64,000 nt of DNA from Balanoglossus misakiensis (taxonomy: Eukaryota; Animalia; Hemichordata): assembly GCA_040954595.2 (NCBI GenBank), contig CM082579.2:1112922-1176921 (forward strand), in the 5' to 3' direction. Positions 12,527 to 25,500 of the stretch are shown here, piece after piece. Both the position numbers and the translations under genes were made by a program. The notes under the pieces were generated by a model. It was not told where the DNA came from. It did no database searches and saw only the letters and a program-made list of their open reading frames with translations. How positions within the stretch are numbered: position 1 is the stretch's first letter; every line of letters begins with the position of its first letter.

Positions 12527-14749
12527 ATGTTGGCACAGAGTCTTTTTGTGTCGTGTCTATTATTAAGCATCCTCTCCCAAATGTTATATGCCCTTAGCCC
12601 CATCAACGACTCGGACTTCCAGGAATGGCAAGTTCTCAACCCAGCGCATGGCCAACGGCGGTCCGGACGAAAATCGAAGCGAACGAACAAGAACAGCGCC
12701 GAAGAGCGGCCGTTGACGATCGATGACTTTTTAATGTTCCGTCAGCTTTGTTCTGCTAATGGTTTATACCTCCAAATCTTGCCAAGTGGCGTCGTCAAGG
12801 GAACAACGAGTGATCATGACATTTTCGGTGAGTTTCAGAGTTTCATAGTGTGGTTTGCACTGAAGAAAGAGGAGCTGTTTGTACACACCACACTTTACTC
12901 ACCTCACCTCACCACACCACACTCCAGCACCAGCCAACTACATCCATTTCGTCATAAATTGAGTCAAAAACCAGTCTTCTAAGGTGGAGATGTGTAATTT
13001 GACCGTGCATTGGTTTGTGTGTTTTTTTAAACTCTAGTATTGAGTCTCGACTCTATATCATCCATTTTTGAGCTGTTTGGAAACTTAATTGAAAATAAAC
13101 TTATAAAATAAATTTTGATATGAAAATCAATAGCGTCCAAACATCAGATATAGCCAGGGTATGATGATTTATGCACCGTGCGGTCGACGTCGTTTACACA
13201 TTGCAATACGCAAAACTGCATGCTTTTTTGGAATAATGCCCAACTTTGTATCGTCAGTCTTTATCTGCAAACACATGTCACGTGTAAACATTCTAGTGTT
13301 TTAAGTGGTTTTACTCTCAAAGCAGGGTATTACCGGCCATTATCGGCAAGCGTGAAGGTGTGGCCCAACGACTGGGCTACTTTTCTGGTCTCCTCCCAGC
13401 AAAATCCAATCTTGATTTACTTCAAAAAAATACAGGCGCAGTCATCGAAAAAATGCATTATTTCGTCATATTATAACCACGGATATGCCTATTATTATCA
13501 CTTTTTAAAAAATAGCCCACAAAGTGTTAATTGTCTTTTCAAAATATGTGTAGTTCGCGTATAAAGGGACAGTATCTGTAACTTTTGATGAATAGCATAT
13601 TTCTATTTCACTGCCAAACACATTTTATTGGTGTTTACCACCCAACGGAATCGTGGTCTTAAATTGGCGTGTCGCCGGGCATGCTGCCACACATATCATC
13701 TTCGGTGTGTGTTTGCCCGCGAATCAAATCTTTCTCAAACACGGCGAGATCTGTAAATAGGACGCCGGAAAATGATTGATGACAGTAAAGTCTCAGCTTA
13801 TCTTGATGGAATCGCAGCCCTTATGCGGCTTTCCCAAAAAGCGCACCATTGCTTTTTTTAATAAACGGCGATTTGGTACGGATCACATAGGATACGTACC
13901 GTGTCTTCAAATTATGGCTTTGTGTAAATATTGGACTTGTTTTTTGGCAGGGACGATATTTCGAAGTGCGTATGAGGTGTTGCGCTTGAACAGACTTAAA
14001 ATATACTTCACAGACTGATACGTCGGTATATAGACACTGGGTAAAAATAACTAAATTCCCTGGTTTGGGCTCATTCGTTATTGCATTCGTCATCCGATCA
14101 AATCCATCCACACTGTATTCTCTATTTATATATTTCATCTGAAGCTATAATTTGGACGATAGTCGTGTGTTCTTAAGAGTCTGATCTAGTCATGTCTACT
14201 TCAATTTTAATGTCTTTCTAGCTATTTTGCGAATAACGTACGAGAACGAAGAGATAGTGACAATTCGAGGGGTGAGAACAGGCCTATTCTTGGCAATGAG
14301 CAGACGAGGAGAAATGTTCGGTTCGGTGAGTATCTGGGGAAACATGTAGTTTGCCATCTGGATACGAAATCTAGAGAACTTCTAATTCTTTTATCTAATT
14401 CTCAAAAGGATCTCGGCAAAGACAGTTCAAGAAATGTAGCCCCATAATCGAAATTAAGAACATTACTGTACCTTTTCTGCAGAAAAAGAAAACGAAAGAA
14501 TGCTACTTTAAGAAAGTCCACGTCAAGGAATGGTACTTTGCGTTCAAGTCGGTCAAATATCCACGACAACCTCGAAGACGCCAACGAAGAAAGTCGTGGT
14601 ATCTATCTCTGCAGAAGAATGGCATCCCGAAAATTGGATCCAAGGCGAGGTTGAGAAAAAGTGGCACCAAGTTTCTCATCCGACCAGTCGAGCCTGAGCA
14701 AGTTCCAGAGTTGTACCCCTTTCCAATTGAAGTTTTAAGTTCCCAATAG
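12527..14749 (+). CDS. FGF9/16/20-like fibroblast growth factor, divergent paralog (FGF-A), 223 aa; exons 12527-12827, 14222-14325, 14483-14749
   Basis: Signal peptide MLAQSLFVSCLLLSILSQMLYA; core RQLCSANGLYLQILPSGVVKGT, VTIRGVRTGLFLAMSRRGEMFGS, ECYF, WYLSLQKNGIPK, FLIRPVEPEQVPELY (cf. FGF9/16/20 FLPRPVDPxKVPELY). Typical FGF phase-1/phase-0 introns with a 104-nt middle exon. Confidence 0.9.
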
Positions 14750-16584
14750 TTACAATATATGCAATGCCACAGTAACTCCTGGCGTCTCGCCCCTCAGATA
14801 AATCAAAGCACAGTCCCTCTATTACAGGGACTGTGATCAAAGCAAGAATCAACTCAGGCATCAGCTAGCCCAACGAGAAGGTCAAGTGCAAGGCTGTGTC
14901 TGGGATAGTGGGTGGGAAAAGGTTCGCAGCCATGCACCATATAGTTGGAGAGCCTCGACAGGGCTTATTGTAAGCATACACATGGGGTGACTAATACATA
15001 CTAATGATTGCTATGGCGAGATGATCTTATTTTTGTCAGTTAAAATACACCTTCCCTAGCAAGAACGCGTTTAGTTTGGACATCGTCCTGACAGGGAGAC
15101 TGTATGTCCACATCCTAATGACCGGTGTGTTTGGATGCAGTCAATTCCGCCAAAGTTTCGAAAGACCGTGGATGTACATTATAGTCCATCCATGAACAGA
15201 CTTTTTGTGAGTTCACTTGAAACGCCCATAGTCCAAAATGGATTGTGGTAGTCATGACAATGAAATAATGTGATTTTGTAACCATGAAAACAAAACATTT
15301 GCATTTTGAGACATTGTCACTGACAAGAAGTTATGACTGATTGCAAACCCACATGACAAGGAATACAGTTCACTCTATATTCTATGATATACGAAACTTT
15401 TCAATACTGGCAACTTGGATTGCCATACACAAATTCATTGACACGCAAGATGCAAATAAGGCAATATCTTTGCTGTTCTACGATCTGCAATATAACTGCA
15501 ACGACAAAGCAGATATTTTCACTTTATATTTGCAGCCACTTCGTATGTCAGCTTTGAGGGCACCTCCTTTACTGTAAGCTCACTGTGTTATACCCACTAC
15601 ATGTATAGGGCATTCAAATCATGCAAGTTGGATTACTTCAGCTTTTAACTCTTCCAAAACTACATGTAGAATAGAGACAAATACTAGATACTTATTTTTA
15701 TATGTGATATCTTTATTATTCTGTGCATTGATCTCATACACTTGCTGTATTGGCAAGTTACATAAATAATAATGGTATAACTGATAAATAAACATACAGA
15801 AATGCATAGTACGTTTTCCAAGGTTCCACAACAGAATTACATTGTTATTGACATGGCCATATCTGACAGCATTAGAAGACACCAGAAACGGGTGTCATGA
15901 TTTGATGATGTAATATAACATGCTCAAATCTCTGTCATTCTATCCTATAATTCCTACACATTTATGTACATATGTACAGGCCATTATGGTGACAATGTAC
16001 AACTCAGGGAAGACTAACAGAACTAATATTGAAAGGAAAGATTCATAAACTACAGCAAAGAAAGAAAGCAAAAATTTTAGAAAATAATTAGGCTTTGTGT
16101 ATATGTCCCTAATCAGGCATGACTTTCAGAGTTTAGAAATTGTCCACTAAATTGAAATACTAGAACTAGTTAACTAATTTGTAAAGAAAGATAATATCTT
16201 ACAAAACTGAAGACATAAAGTAGAATGACACAATCCACTAAAAAGTGAGTGGATGTTTAAACATAGATAACAAAAAGATCCATTTCTGAGATTAAAGCTT
16301 ACAACCCCACTGCCAAAATGCTGTGCGACAGTGCAAACAAAACTGATCAGATCGTACCATTGGACAACAGGGGAATGTGGGCCTAAAATGCAAAACACTG
16401 GCTCTGCTATAATATACAAACATGTAAAGTATATCATGGGTTGAACACCAATGCATGTAAATTAACACAGTGTGTGTATATGTCAAGCATTGTATCTGGT
16501 TTGAAGTAGGCTATGTGAAGACGCTTGTCTTTGGTATACCACTGATCATAGCCAGTGTCAACTTTGCAACACCACTTTGACAAC

Positions 16585-19500
16585 TTATGCCGATTTCATT
16601 TCATGCTTGACACATGCTTTCCATCCATCCAGACCTTCATACTTGATCAGATGATACTAGAGGTTAAGAAGAGAATAGCAGTGATTATTCACAGAGTCTC
16701 TGTCTGCCATCAACAATTCAACTACGGAGCAGTAATATTTTCAGAAACTGAAATTATGGCCACAGATGGCGCTAGGTCTAACTATTCTTTTTCACCATTG
16801 ATTTAAAATTGTAAATATCCAACACTGTGGTGATACTCTGACCACAGCACAAGCTGTTCTAAAACTTACCCTACATCCCCGATGTACTCTGTCTTTCATT
16901 ACACCAATAAATTCCTTGTAGCTCAATTTTCCATCACCTGAAAATTACAACAGAAAATATAAATGATTATGTGTTACTCCCCATCTATCAGATAATGTCA
17001 GCTCATAATGTAATATATAAGCTCTGCTTGCTGTCACAGCCAAAATGAAATCCTTGTGAAAGCAAACACAAGAAATCACTTACCATCCTTATCAAATATT
17101 TGAAATACAGTATTCACCACATGAGGTGCAATGTCATGACCAGTTGAAATCTTCACCGCTCTCTTGAACTCAGCTGAAAACAGAAGAGACATGCAAGAAT
17201 TAATTTACCAATATAGACCAATTTACAGACTAGATTTATAAATTGAAGTAACTGACAACAGAATACTTACTTTGTGATATGGGTTGATTTGCTATGGTGT
17301 ACATTCTCATGGCTATGGTGAAATCATCTAGGGTGTTCAGGAATTGACAGAAATCTTTATATTCTTGAAATGTGATTCCCTGGTGAGAGATTGAGAGATC
17401 TTTGTGATAGTGTAGTTCTGTTAACCAACCAGAAGAGACAGAGAGAGTAGGGTACATGTTCTACAATCAACAAGTATAGTGGACATTTGTCTGCAATGTT
17501 TGGTGATTTGTTCATGATTTCTTTCTGTGTGTGCAACTGGAGTTTGCCATTCAGCTCAATGATATGCATGTTCTTAACTTCCCTGATTTCTGCTTGTCAA
17601 CACAGTCTTCATCTTATAATGCATAACCACCACAGTACTTGTAGACATTTCACTTCCAGAAAACTTAATTTTTGTTTATGAAGGTGTGGTGTTTAGTTTC
17701 AGACTTATTTACTGATAGTGGTGTACCTAAATTGTCTTTCGTGTTGTTTAGTCAAGTGAGGTAAGGTGAGATCAGGTAAAGTTAGTTTTCCAGAAATGTT
17801 CACAGATTCCCTCACATGCACATAGATAAACAGTAGTGCATAATGACAACACCATTCACCGATATCCCATCATGCCACAGTGGACGCGAAGATACCATTG
17901 GTTGTCTACACCAATATCCCATCATGCCGTAGTGGTAGTGGTAGAGAGGAGACACAGACGACGACTACTCATTAAATTTAATACGTTACATTTTCATGCA
18001 GTACCTCTCCTTGACTGATTCTCTTTCTCAATCTCTGCATGTAGTCTTCTTTGTCAGTGGTGGCTGCATTGGTGTATCGTAGCAAGATCTCGGCGAATTC
18101 CTCCTCATTAATAACTGGCATGCCTTTGGAGTACTGCAAGAAGTGCTTCTTGGTCAAAGAACTCAACGTGAATAAACCGTGTACACCACAAAATGGAAAA
18201 GATGACTTGTTGCACATTGTGAGATCTAGGGAGACTTGCTTGAAATCAATTCACAATATTCAAATAATGGCTCTCACAACAAAATGGGTGTTTAGCAATG
18301 AATGGCTTGTGAAATTACACACAAAAGGATATTTCCAGTTCAAGAACTTCAGCTTGCAAATTGTCCATAAACCTGAAAGTAAATCAAAATATGACTTCAG
18401 TAGACATCATGTATAAAGTTACATGGCAAATTTCTTGTCAACTTATGTACAAAGAATAGTAAATAAGCATTTTCAATGGGATTTTATTTTAGCCGAAAAA
18501 TGAGTCAAGCGAAAATAGTGAAAATTAAGTCCTAGGGAAAAATATGTATTCTACAGTACACAGAGTGCAAACCTACTTGAAAAAGGTGTTAAAGTCCAGA
18601 CAATCTGTTCCTTTGCTGCCAAATAGGTGAACCATCACTGTTGTCTTGGGTGGTCCTTGAATTGACTGAAATGGTTGCAAAGTAAATAGAAGTCATTAGT
18701 ACATACAACAACTTGCATGAATGCACAGAAGTGTATTTGAAGAAAACTTAGAGAAGTCATTATTGCAGATAAAGAACATGTTTGTTTCCAAAGCTCCCAT
18801 GTGTTTGAAATGTTGGTCAGATGTATGTAAACTATCACTAAAGGTGCCTTTACTGTCTTGCTGAAAGTATCCATTTTTATCTGAGAATTACAGTTGACTA
18901 GTAATGCCGAATCTGTAATTCTTGAAGTTTGCAGGTTAGTGGTGGTGAGATATGTTTATTGCAGAAACTTTTCACCACCAGGAACATGAATATTGTAATG
19001 GTGTAGATATGGAATATGTAAGAGAAAGCTAGATATATTATGTATTGAGTTATGCAAAGATGTCCTATGTGAATGAAGATACATTGCTAATAGAATATAA
19101 ATATCAAAAGCCAGACGAGTAATTTGTACTTTTAGAGTTGTATAATTCTGAAGAAGAATTACAAATGAGATCACATGATACATGTGAAAAAATGACAGAT
19201 AATGACGATATGTGTTTCATGTACATAACAACATTGTGGATGGATATCTGATGCATTCATGGATTAATATGTAAACGAGCAAAGATTGTGCATGTTTGAT
19301 TTTATGTAAAAAGAAAATATGATATGTGAATGTAGGAATACGTTACTGGTCAGTCAGTTGTCAGTTTGCATTAATATGTACATTTGTAGGTGAGTGTACT
19401 ACCATCAAATCACATTTCATAACACACGTGTGATTGAATAGCGAGCCAGGGAGATAGTGTAAACTCAAGTGTCATGCAAAGTCGAGTAAAAAAGGAATAC

Positions 19501-22500
19501 AGTCACCTCTCATTTACATGCCTAACCTTCTAATTACCATGAAGTGGTGTGCACTCAAGTGAAAATCTCTGATTGGTTGGATTTCCACTTTCCAAGATAA
19601 TTGTAGTTAAATTGGCAGAGATGACTGTACACCTTTAAAGCGTGCATTAACTAGTGAACTGGAAGAGGTTATGCAACAGAAGAGACAGAACAGGAAGAAA
19701 TATAGCGCAACCATCACTGCCTCAAAATAATAAATAGAAGTCTTGAAATCAGTTCTATCATAAAACAGGATAATTGCACCAGGAAGCCATTTCATGTACA
19801 TCTGCATAGCCCAATTTAACGTCAAAAGACCAAGACTTTGTCTCTTTAATGGTAGTGCTAAGTTTTCTAGAGAACTTTATCCCTGTAAAACAAGAGCAGA
19901 ATTTACCAGACAGCTGTGTCCCTTTAAAAGAAGTCAGTGCAACATTCACCAGAGCTTTGTCCCTTTAAAGAACAGTATACAATTCATTGACAGCTACATT
20001 ACCAAGAGTAATAGCAGAAACATAGGAGCATAGTAGACTAAAGAAAGACTTTGCAGTAAAGAAATGCTATGAAAGGACCACAGCAAACCAGTGCTACTAT
20101 ATAACACTTGGGTATAAAAATGCAAGCCACATTGTAATACTTTTACTTAGATGCAGCTCAAGCAAAGATAATGGTTGTCATAGATACCTGTCTCCGGAAC
20201 TGAAATTTTAGGAAAGAGAGATCAGACCCGACCTTGGAAGAAAGTGCACTCATGAAGAACAAAAAAAACAAAAAAATCACATTCAAACAGGCATATTAAA
20301 TGTGGTTATAAAAAGCATGCATATAGATGGGACTTGTGTACCTTTAGATTGTAATAATGGCAAAAGTGTGAAAAAAACAAAAGAAAACATGTCATTAATA
20401 ATATAAATACATGTGTATAATGATCATATGAAGGAACTTTGAAACAGTTTTATGTGGTATTATATGTTTAAGTGGTTAGCACAACTTTCACACAAGTGCT
20501 TTGCAAAGGTCTGCAATTCTGGCAACACGTGATGGAAGAAATATGAAATCTCAAAGATTGTTATCCTCACTGTTGTCACTTTAAGCTTTCCCCAAAAAGA
20601 AAATATCCTTAAGTATTTAGACTAATTGGATTCCAGTTCATGTTTTAACAACTTGCATAAATGTGAATTCCTGAAAGATCTTGATCATCTTAATCAAAGC
20701 TATACTGTCATGACCACTCGATGCATACATACATACACACACACACGCAAACACATGCACAAACACACATATGCACATTTGCACACACCAGTACTACACA
20801 GTTCCTGTGACAAAAGACAGGTAATAAAATCATCAAATCATTGTAATCACATACCTACAATAAAACCAACAATGAAGAGTCAAAAATTCAGAAAATCGTC
20901 AAAGTGTCATTTTACGGCAAATGAAATGACAAAGTTTAATTTCTTTGTGAAGATGAGTTTCTCTTTACTTTTTTCTCAGTGAACACTTAACCTCCTCCAG
21001 TGCAGGCAACCATAGAACACACACCTCCAGAGTGTCGTGTAAACAGGAAAAAAGAGGGTGATAGATTAAGACTGCACCAAGCAGAATGAACTGAAACACA
21101 CCACAGCCAGTGGAAATCACAAGATAAAGTGTTTCATAGCTGCAATTGCCAGCTGCAGAATAAAAGTAAACTTGTGTTTGAACAAAAAAAAATTGCAGAT
21201 AGAGGACAGCACAGGTGTGTGTGCAAAGGTTTATTATCAGAACGGCTAAAAAATATGGCCGGTTAGGATAAAATATTAGGAGAGCACATGTCAGAGAATT
21301 GCATAAAGTATAGTTGTGACTGAGGCGTTTGCACTGTGGTTTCTACACTGGAGGATTATGTGTTCACTGCAAATGCCAAAGTGGAGAATACATACGGAAT
21401 CAGCATCAGAGGACAGGTATTTGGAGACTAAACTCACACTTTCCGGGGAGTCATCAGTTTTCTTGCCAAAGATTTCTTCAAGCTGAGTGGCGAGAAAAGA
21501 AAAGAAGAAAATTTACAATCAAACTCCAACTCACCAACTTTCCAAGACCATAGGTGTAAAATACTAGGAACTTATATGATTTTGTATAAAGCATATGAAC
21601 TTTGTTTCTTTCTTAGTACATGCCGAGGAGTGGTTTAAAATTCTTAGAGAGCATGAACCCTGTAAATGACACCTACCACCAAGAATTCTTTCCTGTCCAC
21701 TTTTTGATTTCCATCTCTGTCAAACATGTTGAAAGCAATCTGAAAACCAGCTTTGGGTTCTGTAAGAGAAAATCCATAGGGTGAGAATATGTGTGGATGT
21801 AGATATTGACATACAAACAATACATGATGTAACATCAATATTTTCAAATGCTAGATTGATGTGAAGCATCTCAGAAAGCCTATTCTCAAAAGTTAGTCCT
21901 AATTAAACATTTTTTGAGCAATTGTCCAAGAAAGAGGTGACAAATGAACTGATTAGAAGAAACTTTCTGAGACCACTCCACGTCAGATCAGACTACTTAC
22001 TGGTAAGAATGCATAACAAGAAGAGATACTCTGTGTAGGAGATGATTCCTGTAAATAAGTAAAAAGAGAAAACAAATTAATGAAAAAAAAGTTCTAGCAC
22101 CTGGGTAACAATACTGCCACCTATCCATTAACTTGTTGACTCTTTCGTTTATATGGGCCAGGTGGGTGCAGTGACTGCTTCAGTGAATGTTGGAATGACT
22201 ATTTTCAAAACCCACAAACCATTTCAGGTATTTGACCACCCACAAATACATGGCAGTTCTAAATTACATCTATGAGTCAGTCATGCTAAAAGTTTATTCA
22301 ACCATTCCTTCTTCCTATTAAATGCCGGCCGAGGGAAAACCCTGCTGTCATACCTTTCTTTCTATGCTCACACGGAAGTCTGTTTTGACAACTGCTGATT
22401 ATAAGTAGGTGATGAATAAATCCATATGCTTCACTACTCCAAGCTCTGCCCTGGTCAAAAGTCATGCACATTGCTAGTTTTATTTTCCTTCACAGTGTAA

Positions 22501-25500
22501 GGAAGACACTAAAAATACAAAGTTATCCTCTGGCATTTTACCTGATTTTCCCCTTGGTTTAAAAATGCAGTGTGAGTCATAATATTAATAGGTAGCAGAT
22601 GTGTTACCAGGTTTCAAAATCATTTACCACCCTTAGCACAAACATTAAATATTAGAGCCTTTTTTTAGTTTTAAAGGGACTTTTTGTGACAAGTGATATA
22701 CACTGATGTCTCGTTCTTGTACAGTTCATATTACATGTATATATTTCATATTATACCAAGCACCAAAGGTAACTCTCATTATTATAGTTAGACCTCAGTA
22801 ACATATAGAAGTTGTCTGTCACAAAGGGGAATTTTGTGAGCATAGCGCCCCCTAGCGTTTACCATCCACACACCAGAAAGTGTGACTTGGCATGAAACTT
22901 TTCAGCTGGATGAAATCTGTGCTGTTTTCAACTGTAAATATTTACAGATCAGGAATATTGGAGCTTAATCCAATGAAAGTACACCAAAGAAAGTACATCA
23001 ATGAAAATGAAGCGTGTAATTAGACTTTATTAAAGGTTGAACAGATACTTTTCATCAACGACTGGCCACCGACCGTGTTGAATGAGAACTCACCAAGGTG
23101 AGTCTGGGGTCATTTGGTAAGGTCATTAACTGAACCACTTGTAACAATATTTGCTTTTCTCTATTGGCAAGGGTTGAAAGAAGCAGCTACAAGGTTTTTT
23201 GTAATGAAGAGTAAACAGAATCTCAGAAAATCTGCAGTCCCCTCCCTGGCGTCTTAAATGGATCATTAGGACTTGAACATTTGCCAATATGCTTTGGTTT
23301 TCAATGGACCCAAGAGGACTAATAACATAGCCTTGTTCATTGTTAATGCTACCTAAACACCGACTCAATGACAGAATGAGAGAGAGAGAGCTGGGTACAA
23401 TGTTTCAATTCAAAAAGCAGCAAGGAAGTTTTCCCTTGAAGTGGTGGTTGAAACAGCTACATGTATGTACATGTTGACCCCCACTTTGTCAATTGGTTTC
23501 TGGTAATGGCACCTACTTTCGTCAATCAAAAATACGCAGGTCCTGAAATGAAGTTGTCAAACTGTTCCTTTAATATAGTATGCTCATGTCTATTTTATTT
23601 TTTAATAATAATTTCTCTTTCACTGACACAGTCAAATCAATAAATACTTGACACTGAGGTATACTAAGTTGCATTGATAAACAATAACAACAACAACAAT
23701 AAGAAGAAGAACAATAGACTCAGTCTATGTTATTCAATTTCTCTACACAATGATGACAAAATGACTGAGTAAAAATCTCAAGTCTCTGTAGTTTTGGTAT
23801 GCAGGAAAACAGAGCCATAGCAGTATTCTTTATACAGCATGCATGCCATAAGTTTAAGTCAAGTTTCTAAAATATCCCATAAACATACAGGTGTTTGTTT
23901 TTACATGTGGCATTACGTAGTGATGCTAATTGGGATATAATTAGAGGAATTAAAATGTTAGCTGATATCTGGGCTTGAGTTTGTTTTCGCTTCTCCTGGA
24001 AAGTTAAACTATCAATGCAAGTAAGTTACTTCAAAGATCCGACAGTCATGTAATACATGAAATGCAATACAGTCTGTGTAATAGGAAAACTCAGTGAGTT
24101 TGCAATGTTCAGCAGCTGTGTGGTCACTTGAAGCAGTGGGTGGCTGAAGTTTTGGATTTACAGCCACTGTGGGCCGAGGAAATACAAAACCAATTTACTG
24201 CCTGTGATGTGTTTGAGTGGACACCAATTGCATTCAAATGTGCATTCAACCTGTTTCTTGTAAAGACAGATACCAGCTGATGCAAAATGTGACAGATGGA
24301 TGAGATCCATGGCAATATTAGTTTTCCTAATCTCTCTATCGTCACCGTCAGATCCGGTAAAATGTTATGGTGGAATACTCTTTTCTCTAAGTGGAAAAGT
24401 TGCTAACTTTAGGCATTTTTTGGCTTTTCTTGATAATTAATTATGTTCTGCTCATTGAAATGTGCTCAATGTACTCAACTTGCACCTCGTATATAGATCC
24501 ACTGTACTGGGATATGACATACATGTATGAATACTTTGATTATTTAATTTTTGGTCAATACCTTGTGGAAGTATCCTTCATTTATTTTGTTAAGTGCCCC
24601 GAGTGTGAATTCTGGCATTCAGCATACTGGAAGCTACGGTAGAGATTCAAAGTGTCACAGAAAACTGATCCAGTGTATTGATTTTAGATCCCACTTACAG
24701 TTCAAGTGTTCTAACAACAACCTCCTAATGTGTGTCCTAAAAAAACATTCCCCTACATTGGCCCATTGATCCCGTTTTGTTTATATTCTTGATTCTATAT
24801 TGTTGGCAGTGAGCACCCTCAAGTGCAGACATAAACCAGTTTATGATGCTCGGAATTGGTACTTGTCATTGTAACTCAATACTTCATTGCTTGTTGAAAT
24901 ACTATTTGATTGCATACCTAGGTCATTGGGAGTTTGTAGTAAATGTACAACTTCAGGGTATTTGCAGTAAATGTACAACTTCAGGGAATTTGCAGTAAAT
25001 GTACAACTTCAGAAGGAAAGAAGTACTCATGCATACAAACACACATACATGAACACCAATGCATCGACCTGCCCAGGTCAGAGAAACTGACCAGTCCCTC
25101 TCCTACTGAATTTAATTGCCTTGATGACAACATTCCATCTCCTGAACTCAATCACGTCCTCTGTATGCCCTCTACAAATATCTAGGACCCTAGCTAACTT
25201 GACATGATAAAAAAAATTAAAGGCCTGTTAGCTTTGCTATTACAGATTTATCATCTTATCACTATATTGGGTATGGGCACTTTAAACGTTAAAGTAACTT
25301 TATTAAGTTCAAAATAAATTTCCCATGATCTTGCACAATATTTTGATTCATGTATCTGGGATCATTTCCTTTACGGGTTTATTCAGTGTGTGAGATTTCT
25401 GCAGACCTGGCATTTTCCCATAGTTTTCTGACTGAATTATCAAGAAGGCATTATCAGCAGTTTACCACAAATCCATAATTAAACATGACCCCTCTAAGAA

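Noticed and set aside
13563-13600. AAAGGGACAGTATCTGTAAC as a transposon terminus in FGF-A intron 1
   Set aside because: No matching inverted partner or TSD found.
19607-19949. Minus-strand ORFs and acceptors as extra MICU exons
   Set aside because: The acceptor near 19883 gives an immediate stop in the required phase 0, and the peptides show no MICU similarity.
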